Shown here: positions 1-10,697 of the stretch, piece by piece
Layout of the letters: every line of letters begins with the position of its first letter
Numbering within the stretch: the stretch's first letter is position 1
NCBI GenBank assembly: GCA_051003195.1
Contig: JBPCLP010000011.1
Span: 32,001 to 96,000, forward strand
Direction: 5' to 3'
Source: Candidatus Sumerlaeaceae bacterium
GTDB taxonomy: Bacteria; Sumerlaeota; Sumerlaeia; Sumerlaeales; Sumerlaeaceae
DNA: 64,000 nucleotides
The notes under the pieces: model-generated
Seen by the model: only the letters and a program-made list of their open reading frames with translations
Databases searched by the model: none
Told to the model about the DNA's origin: nothing
Position numbers and translations under genes: made by a program

Positions 1-305
1 TTAAGCGCATCGAGTCGCTCGGAGCCGTCGTGCTCGGCTGCAGCCCGGATGACCTGAAAGCCCACGACAAATTTATCACAAAGTACGATCTGCCGTACAT
101 TCTTCTCAGCGATCCCGACCATGCCATAGCAAACGGATACGGGGTCTGGAAATCCAAAAATATGTACGGCAAGAAAGTCATGGGCACCGAACGCACGACG
201 TTCCTCATCTCCCCCGACGGTATCGTACACAAAGTTTGGCAGAAGGTCAAAGTCGAGGCCCATGTCGACGAAATCATGGATGAGTTAAAACTGGTGCGTG
301 CTTAA
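1..305 (+). CDS. bcp: Peroxiredoxin Bcp/PrxQ, 5' truncated by window edge
   Basis: VLGCSPD...HDKFITKYDLPYILLSDPDH...YGVW...KNMYGKKVMGTERTTFLI matches the Bcp C-terminal half; frame is open to the window start. Confidence 0.85.
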   Translation, partial: KRIESLGAVVLGCSPDDLKAHDKFITKYDLPYILLSDPDHAIANGYGVWKSKNMYGKKVMGTERTTFLISPDGIVHKVWQKVKVEAHVDEIMDELKLVRA

Positions 306-437
306 CTATCCCGTCGTGACGCGATGCTCCTTTTGTAAATTGCAACTGTGCCTGAAAGTTTTGAGGATCAACGCTGGAATGTACCTGCCTACTTTTACGT
401 ACGTAACTCTTTCTACTACTGAAACCAGGAGCTGCAT

Positions 438-1727
438 TTGCAGAAGGAACGTCTGGATAATGGACTCACCGTCATCTTTAAGCAGGTTCGTAATAAAGTC
501 GTTACTCTCGACGTGTGGGTAAACACCGGCTCCGCGAACGAAGACGATAAACTTAACGGTATTTCCCATTTCCTGGAGCACATGGTTTTTAAAGGTACGC
601 CTCGTTATGCCGTCGGTGAGCTGGACAAGGCAATCATGAGCGTAGGCGGTGTGTGGAATGCCGGCACTTCGAAAGATTTTACACACTACCATGTCACAGT
701 CGCGTCGCCGTTCTTTAGCAAGGCCCTGGACGCGATTTCGGATATGATTCAAAATGCGCTAATCGACGCGCAGGAACTCGAAAAAGAGAAGCAGGTAATC
801 CTTGAGGAATATCGCCGTAAGCAGGACAACCCGTACGGGCTACTGTATGATGAGCTGTACGAGGTCTGCTTTCGCAGTGGTCCTTACCGGCGTAGCGTCA
901 TTGGAACGTTCGAATCGATTTCCGCGCTGGGTCGCGATGCTATGTTAGATTATTTCGAGCGCTATTATACACCGGAGAACCTCGTGTTGTTGATCGTGGG
1001 AGATGTCGAGCCCGCTGCGGTGATCCCGGAGGTTCGTAAAGCGTTCTCCGGTTTTGACCGCAAGCTGCGGCCCATGGACAACCTGGAAGCGAAGTCTCTG
1101 TTCCAGCCTGGCGAGCGTCGCACCTTGAAACGAGATGTGAACCAGACGTACATGGGCCTGGCTTTCCCGGCGCCAGGTATCGCCAACCCGGACGAGGTGT
1201 TCGCGCTCGATCTTGCTTCAGGTATACTATGCGATGGTCGCAGCTCGCGGCTGTACCGCCGGCTGAAGGAAGACAAGCGACTGGTGCATTCCATTTCCGG
1301 TGGGTACCCCAGCCACAAGTTCGACAGCTTTTTCTATGTAATTGCGACGCTTGACCAGGAGAACGTCGAAACCGCCGCGACCGAGATCACGCGAACAATG
1401 CGGCAGTTGGCAACTTCTCCCCCGACGCCCGATGAGCTCGCAAAAGCAAAACGCATTATCCGCAATAGTTTCGAATTCGGTATGGAAACCAACACTGGGC
1501 AATCGGGCACTATCGGCTATTACTATACGATCACGGGCTCTACTGAATTCCTCGAAACTTACCTCGAACGACTGCAGGCGATCACCGCAGAACAGGTCGC
1601 AGCTGTAGCCGATAAGTATTTTTCAGCCCAACCAAGTATGGTTGTGCTTCAGCCAGATAAATCACAGCCGAGCAGTGGATCTGATGCCCCGGGATCGTCA
1701 ATTGCAGCACGCGGAGTATTCCTGTGA
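438..1727 (+). CDS. M16 (pitrilysin-family) zinc peptidase, catalytic subunit
   Basis: LDNGLTV start, GISHFLEHMVFKGT inverted HxxEH motif, NAGTS, SSRLY. Confidence 0.9.
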   Translation: MQKERLDNGLTVIFKQVRNKVVTLDVWVNTGSANEDDKLNGISHFLEHMVFKGTPRYAVGELDKAIMSVGGVWNAGTSKDFTHYHVTVASPFFSKALDAISDMIQNALIDAQELEKEKQVILEEYRRKQDNPYGLLYDELYEVCFRSGPYRRSVIGTFESISALGRDAMLDYFERYYTPENLVLLIVGDVEPAAVIPEVRKAFSGFDRKLRPMDNLEAKSLFQPGERRTLKRDVNQTYMGLAFPAPGIANPDEVFALDLASGILCDGRSSRLYRRLKEDKRLVHSISGGYPSHKFDSFFYVIATLDQENVETAATEITRTMRQLATSPPTPDELAKAKRIIRNSFEFGMETNTGQSGTIGYYYTITGSTEFLETYLERLQAITAEQVAAVADKYFSAQPSMVVLQPDKSQPSSGSDAPGSSIAARGVFL

Positions 1728-2983
1728 GTGCAACAGCAGCACAGTCGCCGGTGTTTCAAACCCTTTCAAACGGCATGCGCTTACTGGTGCTCCCTTCAGA
1801 TGCGAACAGCATTGTCTCGGCGGTGCTTTTCATGCCGTTTCCGGGTGCAATTGAACAACCGCATGAAGCTGGCCTCGTCAGCTTCACCCACAGGATGCTT
1901 ATGCGAGGTACGCGTCTACGCAGTAATGCAGAGCTCGCGGAGGCTATCGAAGCGCTGGGCACCACGATGGCCAGCGAATGCTCCGACGACTTCTCCTACA
2001 CGCACCTCGTTTCTACTGCAGATAGCTTTTCTGAAAGTGTGCAGTTGATGGCTGAAATCCTGCAGCAGCCGTCGTTTGAACCTGAAGAGATCGAAAAGGA
2101 GCGGCAAAGTACGCTTGCGGCCATCCGGCGTTCGGATGATGATAAGTTCTCCGCCACGATTAAGGCGTTTCTCCGGGAACTGTACGGTGAGCATGGTTAT
2201 GGACTTCCAACCCTGGGATACACCGGCACCGTCGGCGAGTTGACGCGCGAGCAAATCCTCAATGTGCACGACGAGTTTTCCGATCCCGCCATGTGCACAG
2301 CGATTGTGGTCGGCAATGTGACCCCAGGACAAGCCGAACGTCTACTTGAGGAGCATTTCGCAAAGCGATCTGCAGATCCAGAAAGCGCGCGAAAAGACTG
2401 GTCCGTGCAGGAACCGCTCTACCGCATTGCGTGCCGGACAAAGCTTACCCGCGAATGTGAGCAGTCGTACCTGGTAATGGGCTTTCCGGCATGTCCCATT
2501 ACGCACGAGGACTTTCCTGCAGTTCGAGTGCTGAATGCTGTGCTTGGGGATGGGATGAGCTCCCGCTTGTTTTTACGGCTGCGCGATGAACAGGGGCTGG
2601 CTTATGCGATCGGAAGTTCATTCTCGGCGCTGAAACGCGGAGGACACCTGTTCGGGTATATCGGTACCAAGCCGGAGTCGCTGGAAGTGGCGCGCGATGG
2701 CATGCAGCAGCAGTTCGACCTGGTGAAGTCCGACCTGGTGCCTGCGGACGAACTCGAGCGCACGCGGAACTACCTGATTGGCAAGTTTCTGATCGATCAT
2801 CAGACCAATTACAAACGCGCCTTTTATCTCGGCTACTTTGACGCGATGGGAGTTGGAATCGAGCGGGACAATCTTTACCCGGAGATCATTGCGGGTGTCA
2901 CCCCGCAGCAAGTCCGGGAAGTGGCGAACAAGTATCTGACATCCGCGACGGTTGCAGAACTGGTGCCAGTGCAGTCCAAGTAG
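1724..2983 (+). CDS. M16 peptidase, non-catalytic partner subunit
   Basis: LSNGMRL, GMSSRLFLRLRDEQGLAY; HxxEH replaced (SFTHRM); GTGA overlap with upstream gene. Confidence 0.85.
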   Translation: MSATAAQSPVFQTLSNGMRLLVLPSDANSIVSAVLFMPFPGAIEQPHEAGLVSFTHRMLMRGTRLRSNAELAEAIEALGTTMASECSDDFSYTHLVSTADSFSESVQLMAEILQQPSFEPEEIEKERQSTLAAIRRSDDDKFSATIKAFLRELYGEHGYGLPTLGYTGTVGELTREQILNVHDEFSDPAMCTAIVVGNVTPGQAERLLEEHFAKRSADPESARKDWSVQEPLYRIACRTKLTRECEQSYLVMGFPACPITHEDFPAVRVLNAVLGDGMSSRLFLRLRDEQGLAYAIGSSFSALKRGGHLFGYIGTKPESLEVARDGMQQQFDLVKSDLVPADELERTRNYLIGKFLIDHQTNYKRAFYLGYFDAMGVGIERDNLYPEIIAGVTPQQVREVANKYLTSATVAELVPVQSK

Positions 2984-3030
2984 CAGGCGCTGAGGAAAAC
3001 ACCAGGTTCACGGCGTCCTGCCGAATCGGA

Positions 3031-4482
3031 TCAGGCTAGATCCGTACTTCCCATCAGGTATTTGTCGACGCCCCGTGCGGCCTGTCGGCCTTCTGTGATG
3101 GCCCACACCACCAGCGATTGCCCACGCCGCATATCGCCTGCTGCAAAAATACCCGGCACACTGGTCATGTAATCGGGGCCGCAATCCACATTTCCCCGTG
3201 CATCCAGCTTCAGTTCCAGCTGCGAGATCATCCCCTCCTGCTGGGGGCCGAGGAAACCCATGGCCAGCAGGATCAGGTCGACGTCCAGGATGAACTCGCT
3301 GCCTGCAACTTCCTGCATGTGCTGACGCCCATCGGGCCCACTCACCCACTCAAGCCGGACGCCATGCAGCTTCTCCAGCTTTCCGTTTGAGCCCGAAAGC
3401 GATTTCGTGTTCACGCTCCACTCACGTTGAAGCCGTCCGCTCTCCTCGCCTTCCTCGTGCGAGGACGAACTGCGCAAGATCATCGGCCACTGCGGCCATG
3501 GCATGCTGGCAGTACGCTCAGCCGGCGGCTTGGGCAGCAATTCGAACTGATGCGCCGACACTGCGCCCTGCCGAAGCGAAGTTCCGAGACAATCGCTTCC
3601 GGTATCTCCGCCGCCAATAATCACCACACGTTTATCCCGGGCCGAAAGCTCCCTGCCGGGCATTGAAGTCTCTCCCGCAACGCGACGGTTTTGTTGCGGA
3701 AGGAAGTCCATGGCGAAGTGCACACCATCCAGTTCGCGGCCGGGCACCTCCAAATCCCGGGGCTTCGTTGCACCTCCGCATAAAACGATCGTGTCATAGC
3801 TGGCGCGCAATTCGTCGACCGGAATATTTTTACCCACGTTCGCGTTCGTGCGAAACTCCACGCCTTCCGCACTCATCTGGTCGAGTCGGCGCTGGACGAC
3901 AGACTTTTCCAGCTTAAAGTCCGGGATTCCATAGGTAAGCAATCCGCCAATACGATCGGCACGTTCAAACACAGTCACCCAGTGGCCGGCACGGTTGAGT
4001 TGCTGCGCGCAGGCGAGCCCGGCGGGCCCGGAACCAATTACGGCAACTTTTTTCCCAGTGCGTACCTTCGGCACCATGGGATGGATCCAGCCTTCACGCC
4101 ACGCGTGCTCAACAATGGATAACTCTATTTGTTTGATCGTCACGGGGTCGTCATTGATGCCTAGAACGCACGCGGCTTCGCATGGAGCAGGACAGACCCA
4201 GCCGGTAAACTCCGGGAAATTGTTTGTCGCATGCAGCTCATCAACGGCTTCGCGCCAGCGGTCCCTGTAAACCAGGTCGTTCCAATCCGGGATGATGTTA
4301 CCCAGTGGGCAGCCGGTGTGGCAAAACGGGATGCCGCAGTCCATGCAACGCGCGCCCTGCTCCTTTACCAGTTCTTCAGGAGCATCGGTATACACCTGTT
4401 GATAATCAGCAAGGCGCTGTAGCGGGTCCCGGCGCTTTGTCATTTCGCGCCGGATTTCCATAAAACCCGTTACTTTACCCAT
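3031..4482 (-). CDS. gltD: Glutamate synthase small (beta) subunit
   Basis: [66 protein letters not shown]. Confidence 0.95.
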   Translation of the reverse strand: MGKVTGFMEIRREMTKRRDPLQRLADYQQVYTDAPEELVKEQGARCMDCGIPFCHTGCPLGNIIPDWNDLVYRDRWREAVDELHATNNFPEFTGWVCPAPCEAACVLGINDDPVTIKQIELSIVEHAWREGWIHPMVPKVRTGKKVAVIGSGPAGLACAQQLNRAGHWVTVFERADRIGGLLTYGIPDFKLEKSVVQRRLDQMSAEGVEFRTNANVGKNIPVDELRASYDTIVLCGGATKPRDLEVPGRELDGVHFAMDFLPQQNRRVAGETSMPGRELSARDKRVVIIGGGDTGSDCLGTSLRQGAVSAHQFELLPKPPAERTASMPWPQWPMILRSSSSHEEGEESGRLQREWSVNTKSLSGSNGKLEKLHGVRLEWVSGPDGRQHMQEVAGSEFILDVDLILLAMGFLGPQQEGMISQLELKLDARGNVDCGPDYMTSVPGIFAAGDMRRGQSLVVWAITEGRQAARGVDKYLMGSTDLA

Positions 4483-4604
4483 TAAACATTCTCCCAAAAT
4501 CTGGACAGGCTCGACTTAGATAGCAAATGAGCAGGTATCCGGGTCGAAGCCATTGCACTGTACACCTGAAAGCTGAGAATTGTTGAAGAAAAGTGAAAGG
4601 CTGG

Positions 4605-5375
4605 TCAGGCGTGCATGGAACGCAGGTTCGCCAAGTGCCGCGTTGCCCGGTCCTGATGCTTCTGGTCGCCGCGCTGCCGACTTAACGACAACACCTTTTC
4701 CCATTGCTGAATTGCCTGGGCATTCCACGATGGCTGCTTTTCGTACACGATGGCGAGGTTATTCAATGCCGGCAGATACTCGGGGTCCAGCGCGAGTGCT
4801 CCACGGTATTCTTCCACGGCCATTTCATAGTTTCCCTGGCGCATGAATTCCACTGCGCGACGGCAATGGGTTTCCACGCCTTCGCGCCCCGACATTGAAC
4901 CACTCGGTGTTGTATTTCCGCTCGATCCAATTTCAGGATATGCTGTATCGAACCGAGAGGGAAAGTCTGAACTGCGATTCGAACTTGAAGCGGACTTGGG
5001 TGCATTACCCGCAAGCGCCAGGCGCGACTTGACCGCAGAGGCCTCGGCTCCGCTGAGAATCTCAAAAATTCCTTCCAGCTTGGAGATATACAGGATGTCA
5101 GCCACCGTTCTCGATGGGGCGAGCAGGATAATGCGCGCGCTGCTCTTCTTAGCGGTCATTTTGAGACCGACGAGCAAACCCAGGCCCGCGCTGTCTATAT
5201 ACTCGACTTGAGATAAATCCACATAAACGCGTTCAACGCCGCCTCGCGAAACGGCTGCGATTGAGGCCGAACGCAAACGTTCGCAATCTTCTAGAACGAT
5301 ACGGCCCTTGAAAGCGATGTACACCTCGCTCTCAGTATAAAAAATCTGATGCTCGGCGGAAGCTCCGGTAATCAT
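4605..5375 (-). CDS. STAS (anti-sigma factor antagonist) domain fused to C-terminal TPR repeats
   Basis: VDLSQVEYIDSAGLGLLV STAS motif; GNYEMAVEEYRGALALDPEYLPALNNLAIVY TPR. Confidence 0.8.
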   Translation of the reverse strand: MITGASAEHQIFYTESEVYIAFKGRIVLEDCERLRSASIAAVSRGGVERVYVDLSQVEYIDSAGLGLLVGLKMTAKKSSARIILLAPSRTVADILYISKLEGIFEILSGAEASAVKSRLALAGNAPKSASSSNRSSDFPSRFDTAYPEIGSSGNTTPSGSMSGREGVETHCRRAVEFMRQGNYEMAVEEYRGALALDPEYLPALNNLAIVYEKQPSWNAQAIQQWEKVLSLSRQRGDQKHQDRATRHLANLRSMHA

Positions 5376-5564
5376 TTACGTGTCCTGCTTAATGGATGTG
5401 GCATCCTCAATGATGAGGTTCGGAATATCGTCGATTATGCTATAACTCAGGCTACATTGATGGCAAAGTAAAGCACCACCTTTGCCGTCGGCAGACGGCT
5501 TATACTCCAGAGGCTGCTTGCACTTCGGGCAAGCGAGTATATCGAGAAAATCCTGGCTGATCAT
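5376..5564 (-). CDS. Trm112/YcaR-family small protein
   Basis: LDILACPKCKQPL...LLCHQCSLSYSIIDDIPNLI. Confidence 0.9.
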   Translation of the reverse strand: MISQDFLDILACPKCKQPLEYKPSADGKGGALLCHQCSLSYSIIDDIPNLIIEDATSIKQDT

Positions 5565-6895
5565 GGCGTCGCACTCTTTAATGTGTCAAGTTTAGTTATA
5601 AGTTCAATAGTAGCTGAGGTATTCAGAATTCCATCCGGCGATGCCTGCACATGAAGATCGTCTACGGAATAGGTGCGCGGAGACGTTCCTATGTCAAAAA
5701 GAAACTTTACCATATTGGGATTCGTAGCGCGGAAAGTCAGCTCGATGCCGCTGCCCGTTCCGACCTTCTGATCCGGTGGAATAGGTCCGGGCATACCGGG
5801 AACGATCCCCGCCGCTACTGCCGATTGGCCAGCCATTACGGGCGCTCCCATTACACCGGGCTGCGCCATGCCAGTATTGGGTGTCGGGCTGGGTCCTGGA
5901 GTCTTTCCAGGCACCCGCTGTTCCACCTTGCCGAAATCGACTGGGCGCATCAGGTTGACCTGGCTGATTTCAAGCACCTGGTCACGTTCCGCAATGCGGA
6001 TGATGTCGATCAATGATTGCAGCTGATGGTTAATTGAAAGTAACGTGTCGTCGAAAGGCACGTTAATCTCCAGAACGATGCCCAGCCTCTCTTTTGTGAC
6101 CGGTACAGGATTCTTGGGGTCCGACTGCTGATAAAGAAGCTCGAGGAACCAAAGTTTTTTAATCGCGGGAACCACAGTGCCAAACCGCCCGATGCTCCAT
6201 GGATTGAATTGCGCTCCGGGGACGCGGACAACCAGCTCAGCGTCGTTGAAAAATACCGGCCCCAATTGCGGCAAGGTTGCATAAAAATCCGAAACTTCGA
6301 TGGGATTCAGGCCCAGTCTCTGAAGCAACTGATTGTATATAGAGCGTTGTTTCAAGCGCAGGACAGGATCGGGAATATTATTAAGCAGTTGGTGCCGCTG
6401 CTCCAGCTTAGCCACTGTATCCCAAACGGCTCCGGCTGCCCCCAGATTCGGCAGTTGGCGCTGAAGGTTCCAGCCGAACTGGACTCCCGGGTAGCGCGGG
6501 TCTGTCCTGTTATCGAGAAAGGTAAGCTGCGGCTGCCGAACTCCTGCCCGTAGCTCCACGAGTTGCCGCACGAGCCGGATCGTGTCGTCCACCCGCGCAC
6601 GAATGTTCTCCATTGTCACGGAGGAGTAGTAGTCCGGCACCCCCAGGTTCAGCGACTCCGTGATGCTGGTCAACTGCTTGTCATATTGTTCCGTTCGAAC
6701 CCGAAAGTCATTCAGCACTTTATCCGAGCTGAGCACTTCTGCGCCCTTTAGCTGACCAGTTCCGTTGGTATACTCCTGAAGTGTGGTAGCATAGGCATCT
6801 GAGCGTGGCTTAAAAATGGCCATGTGCACAATACCAATTACCAGCAATGCCCCGATGGAAATGCCGACTATTTGCTCACGTTTGCCTATAGCCAT
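5561..6895 (-). CDS. Hypothetical single-TM protein, PilO/GspM-like architecture
   Basis: N-terminal KREQ plus TM helix, coiled region, C-terminal 'IELTFRAT..NMVKFLFDI..SPRTYSVDDLHV' resembling the PilO fold; family assignment is inference. Confidence 0.5.
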   Translation of the reverse strand: MAIGKREQIVGISIGALLVIGIVHMAIFKPRSDAYATTLQEYTNGTGQLKGAEVLSSDKVLNDFRVRTEQYDKQLTSITESLNLGVPDYYSSVTMENIRARVDDTIRLVRQLVELRAGVRQPQLTFLDNRTDPRYPGVQFGWNLQRQLPNLGAAGAVWDTVAKLEQRHQLLNNIPDPVLRLKQRSIYNQLLQRLGLNPIEVSDFYATLPQLGPVFFNDAELVVRVPGAQFNPWSIGRFGTVVPAIKKLWFLELLYQQSDPKNPVPVTKERLGIVLEINVPFDDTLLSINHQLQSLIDIIRIAERDQVLEISQVNLMRPVDFGKVEQRVPGKTPGPSPTPNTGMAQPGVMGAPVMAGQSAVAAGIVPGMPGPIPPDQKVGTGSGIELTFRATNPNMVKFLFDIGTSPRTYSVDDLHVQASPDGILNTSATIELITKLDTLKSATP

Positions 6896-7018
6896 GGATC
6901 GGCAGGTCGCTCCCGTCCGCTCGAATGAACCGTTTAAGATTCAATGCAATCAACGCAGCAAGGAATTTCTGCAATTCAACATCAGACGCTACATTCCCTA
7001 AACATAGACGTCAAAGCT

Positions 7019-7151
7019 GGGGCCGTTGAAAAAACGACACCGGAGGTGTCGAACATAAATAGCCGCAGGTGCAACCTGCGGGTCTTAAGCATAAATTGTC
7101 ACGACCCTGAAGTGGGGTCGAACAAAGCTACAGGGGTTTTTCAACAGCCCC
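7019..7151. mobile_element. MITE-like element, family B (133 bp)
   Basis: Terminal inverted repeats GGGGCCGTTGAAAAA...TTTTTCAACAGCCCC shared with the 160-bp family; flanks AAGCT/AGGCT. Confidence 0.7.
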
Positions 7152-7228
7152 AGGCTTGAGCAAAACTTTCATTTGATTGGACCCGCTTGGGACCCGACGC
7201 ATACGTCATACGAAAGTCAGGAGCAATA

Positions 7229-8425
7229 ATGGCGAAAAAAGCACTGGATCAGCTGTCTGGTCTTGTGGGTAAGCGGGCGCTGGTCCGCGTGGACTTCAAC
7301 GTCCCGCTTGAAAATGGGGTCATCACAGACGACATTCGCATCAGGGAGTCCCTTCCCACCATTCAACACCTGGTCGGCGCGGGCGCAAAGGTCATACTCG
7401 CATCTCACCTGGGACGTCCTAAGGGCAAAATAGATCCGGCACTAAGCCTCGCACCTGCGGCCGAACGCCTGACACAACTGCTGGATCAGCCCGTCGAAAT
7501 GGCTTCGGATTGTGCTGGTCCGGAAGTGGAGACGATGATCAGCCGCATGAAAAACGGCGATGTCCTGTTGCTTGAAAATGTGCGCTTTCATCCGGAAGAA
7601 GAGGCGAACGACCTGGAATTTTCCAGGAAGCTGGCTGCGCTCGCAGACGTTTTTGTGCAGGATGCCTTCGGTTCGGTCCATCGTGCGCATGCTTCAACAG
7701 AGGGTGTAACCCATCACGTCTCGGAAAGTGTCGCCGGGTTGCTGGTGCAAAAAGAGCTTAAATATCTGGGCGAGGCACTGGCGAATCCTGACCGGCCCTT
7801 GGTCGCAATCCTGGGCGGCTCGAAAGTTTCGACCAAGATCGATGTCATTAGCAGCCTGCTGGAAAAAGTGGACACACTTCTGCTTGGCGGCGGAATGACT
7901 TACACGTTCATGAAGGCGCAGGGCGGCACCATTGGCACGTCGCTTTTCGAACCCGATACGCTGGAAGTAGCGCGCCAGACACTCGAAAAAGTCAAAGCGA
8001 ACCAGAAGAGGCTGGTTCTGCCAACCGATTGCCTGGCGTGTCAGTCGAGTGACCGACCTGACGCTGAGGCGCCACGGCAGGTGTTTGCTTCCAATGCAAT
8101 TCCAGACGGCTGGATGGGAGTCGATATCGGACCTGAATCGGTCACAGCCTTCGAAACCGAAATCGCGGCGGCCCGCACGATTGTGTGGAATGGTCCCGTG
8201 GGAGTTTTCGAACTGGAACCATTTGCCAACGGGACGCGCAAAGTGGCCGAGGCGCTGGCGAAATCGAATGCCACCACGATTATTGGCGGTGGCGACAGCG
8301 CAGCAGCGGTCAAAAAGTTTGGCCTCGATGGCGAGATGTCACACATTTCGACCGGCGGAGGCGCGTCACTCGAATTTCTCGAAGGACGAAAGTTGCCGGG
8401 CATCGAAGCACTGTCGGAGGCCTGA
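7229..8425 (+). CDS. pgk: Phosphoglycerate kinase
   Basis: [45 protein letters not shown] before ATG 7229. Confidence 0.97.
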   Translation: MAKKALDQLSGLVGKRALVRVDFNVPLENGVITDDIRIRESLPTIQHLVGAGAKVILASHLGRPKGKIDPALSLAPAAERLTQLLDQPVEMASDCAGPEVETMISRMKNGDVLLLENVRFHPEEEANDLEFSRKLAALADVFVQDAFGSVHRAHASTEGVTHHVSESVAGLLVQKELKYLGEALANPDRPLVAILGGSKVSTKIDVISSLLEKVDTLLLGGGMTYTFMKAQGGTIGTSLFEPDTLEVARQTLEKVKANQKRLVLPTDCLACQSSDRPDAEAPRQVFASNAIPDGWMGVDIGPESVTAFETEIAAARTIVWNGPVGVFELEPFANGTRKVAEALAKSNATTIIGGGDSAAAVKKFGLDGEMSHISTGGGASLEFLEGRKLPGIEALSEA

Positions 8426-9150
8426 CTGTTTCCGCGCTGCTTCGATATGCGGAGGTACTTACGGACTTTGTGTTTCCACGAATCTGCTGCGGCTGTGAAC
8501 AGCGGATTCCGGAGCCGCGACGGATCCTTTGCGAGGACTGCGAGAAAGGTTTCGAGCCGCTGCGCCTGCCCATTTGCGATACGTGCGGCTGCCCGGATGC
8601 GCAACTCAAAGGCGCTGGCAGATGCAACGATTGTCCCGGCAGCTACATTGCGTTTGAAAAAGCGCGGGGCAGTGTTGCTTTTGCCGGCACTGCACGCCTC
8701 GTGGTTGAAAAGCTTAAGTATCAGGGGCGATTGGAATATGCGGCGCTGATGGCGCGACACATGTTCAACACCGTGCTAAACCAATTTAGCGAGGTCGCTT
8801 ATGACAGCATTGTGCCGGTTCCGTTGCATTCCGCGCGATTACGTGAACGCGGGTTCAATCAGTCGCGCGAACTCGCCCGCCACCTCAGTGAATTTTCTGG
8901 CGTGCCTGTGGCATCCGCGCTCGTGAGGACGCGGCCTACTCCCAGCCAGACTCGGCTGAACCGCCGCGAACGTGCTCGCAATATTGCAGGGGCATTTGAT
9001 GTCGCAAAAACGGCCAACCCCCTGAATCACTGTCTGGTGGTGGATGACGTTTACACCACAGGCGCTACTTTGAATGAGTGCGCCGGGGTCTTGCGCAACG
9101 CAGGTGCGACGTCGATTCACTGCATTGCCTTCGCTCGGGCCATTCTTTAA
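8422..9150 (+). CDS. comF: ComF family protein (double zinc ribbon + PRTase); start uncertain
   Basis: [51 protein letters not shown]. Confidence 0.85.
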   Translation: MTVSALLRYAEVLTDFVFPRICCGCEQRIPEPRRILCEDCEKGFEPLRLPICDTCGCPDAQLKGAGRCNDCPGSYIAFEKARGSVAFAGTARLVVEKLKYQGRLEYAALMARHMFNTVLNQFSEVAYDSIVPVPLHSARLRERGFNQSRELARHLSEFSGVPVASALVRTRPTPSQTRLNRRERARNIAGAFDVAKTANPLNHCLVVDDVYTTGATLNECAGVLRNAGATSIHCIAFARAIL

Positions 9151-9248
9151 CCCGGTTCACAAATGCATTGCAGGCCTTCAGAAGCTGGCACTAGTTGTGC
9201 CCCAGGCTGGCTGCCGACCAGCATTCAATCGGAGTCTTTCGCCAGTTT

Positions 9249-10007
9249 ATGATACGTAAGCTTTGGAATCGCGACAAGTGGCTGCTCACGCCGCAGATCG
9301 AACACGCGCGGCTGGCTGGGTTGATCGCCGCATCGTGGAACTATTCTGGCGACAAGCCTTCTGACGAAGTAATTCAGTCGATTCGTCGCCACGACGATGG
9401 ATGGAAAGAAGCCGATGAAACGCCGCTTGTGAACGCCGCCGGCGCTCCAATGAACTTTGACGAGGGCGAACTCGCGCGGTCCACTGGCATCTGGAGCCGT
9501 TCGTCGCAGCTGCTCGCAGACGAAGGCAAACTGGTCGGCGCAGCTCTTGTCGCCTCCCACTTTCTCTATTTTGCGGAGAACACCGTGGATCTTTCGAAAG
9601 CCAGCGCTCGCGCAGCGGTTGCGGCGGGAAAATTTATCGCACAACAGCGGGCTCTCGTACAGAAAGCTAAGTCTGCGTCCTCAACCATTTCCGATTCTGA
9701 GTTTCAAAAGCATCTTCGCTTGTTGCAGGTATGCGACGCTATATCGATTCTTCTGTGCGGGGATTTTATTGGCGAGCATCAGCTTGTCGATGTGCCGTAT
9801 CTGGATGGCAGCACTACCTTAAATCTCTCGCGTAAGTCCGATAATCTCACGCTTACGCTTTCACCTCTGCCGTTTAAGAAAAACCTGCGCGATCACGTGA
9901 ATTGTTTCATCGTCCCACGCCGGATATATGAAACAAGCGAGGAGCTCCAATCCACATTGAAAAGCACCAGGGCCTCCAATAATGAAGTGCACCTGGGCGG
10001 CAGCTAG
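9249..10007 (+). CDS. DUF3891-like protein
   Basis: MIR...QIEHARLAGLIAASW...HDDGW...P.NF pattern recalled for DUF3891. Confidence 0.6.
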   Translation: MIRKLWNRDKWLLTPQIEHARLAGLIAASWNYSGDKPSDEVIQSIRRHDDGWKEADETPLVNAAGAPMNFDEGELARSTGIWSRSSQLLADEGKLVGAALVASHFLYFAENTVDLSKASARAAVAAGKFIAQQRALVQKAKSASSTISDSEFQKHLRLLQVCDAISILLCGDFIGEHQLVDVPYLDGSTTLNLSRKSDNLTLTLSPLPFKKNLRDHVNCFIVPRRIYETSEELQSTLKSTRASNNEVHLGGS

Positions 10008-10102
10008 CGCGCCATCGCGCCGCAGCCTGTTTTCTCTTGCGAACGGTGTGTCGCAGCATTCTCATAATACACGATTTGATTCCTGCCGAGGACAAACCGA
10101 AC

Positions 10103-10588
10103 ATGCATAGTTTTCCCGTTGTTGCCGCTCTCCGCTCCGTGCGTTCCGCGCTTCCTGCCATATTTCTATGTGGTCTTATGGTCGTTATATCTGCCTGCGC
10201 CAGCACCGCTCCGCCTCCTTCAAATCCCGGGCTTTGCAAACAAGGCATTGATGTGCCACTCAACTATGGCGGTCGCGAATACATCTGCCTGTACAATCTG
10301 GAGCGCCTGCTCGACGCAAAACAAGAGTGGGCACGCGATAACAACGCTGGTCGCGGTGCGCTCGTTCCGTCGCCGCAATCGCTCGCCAATAAATATTTCA
10401 GAAACTACAAATATGGCCGCCGCTCACCTTGCGATGACGAGCGCCAGAAATACGATGCTTATCAGCCGATCTGCCCGAGTGGTGGGCAATACATCATTGG
10501 GACAGTTGGTGAGCGACCGAAATGCTCTCAGCACGGAGACCTGCTGCGTGATTTCGATCAGCACATTCGCGTACCTCACACGCACTGA
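10103..10588 (+). CDS. Putative lipoprotein with Cys-rich pilin-like globular domain
   Basis: Lipobox-like VISAC after hydrophobic stretch; CLYNLERL..AKQEWA...CPSGGQYIIG...PKCSQHG. Confidence 0.55.
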   Translation: MHSFPVVAALRSVRSALPAIFLCGLMVVISACASTAPPPSNPGLCKQGIDVPLNYGGREYICLYNLERLLDAKQEWARDNNAGRGALVPSPQSLANKYFRNYKYGRRSPCDDERQKYDAYQPICPSGGQYIIGTVGERPKCSQHGDLLRDFDQHIRVPHTH

Positions 10589-10697
10589 TCACATACCACC
10601 GACTCAAACTGTAAGGATTTCGTGATTCAATTTGCCAATCCGTTGACAGGTACGTGCTGAGCAACCTCATACTGCGGTCCCAGGCTTTAGCCGGGAG

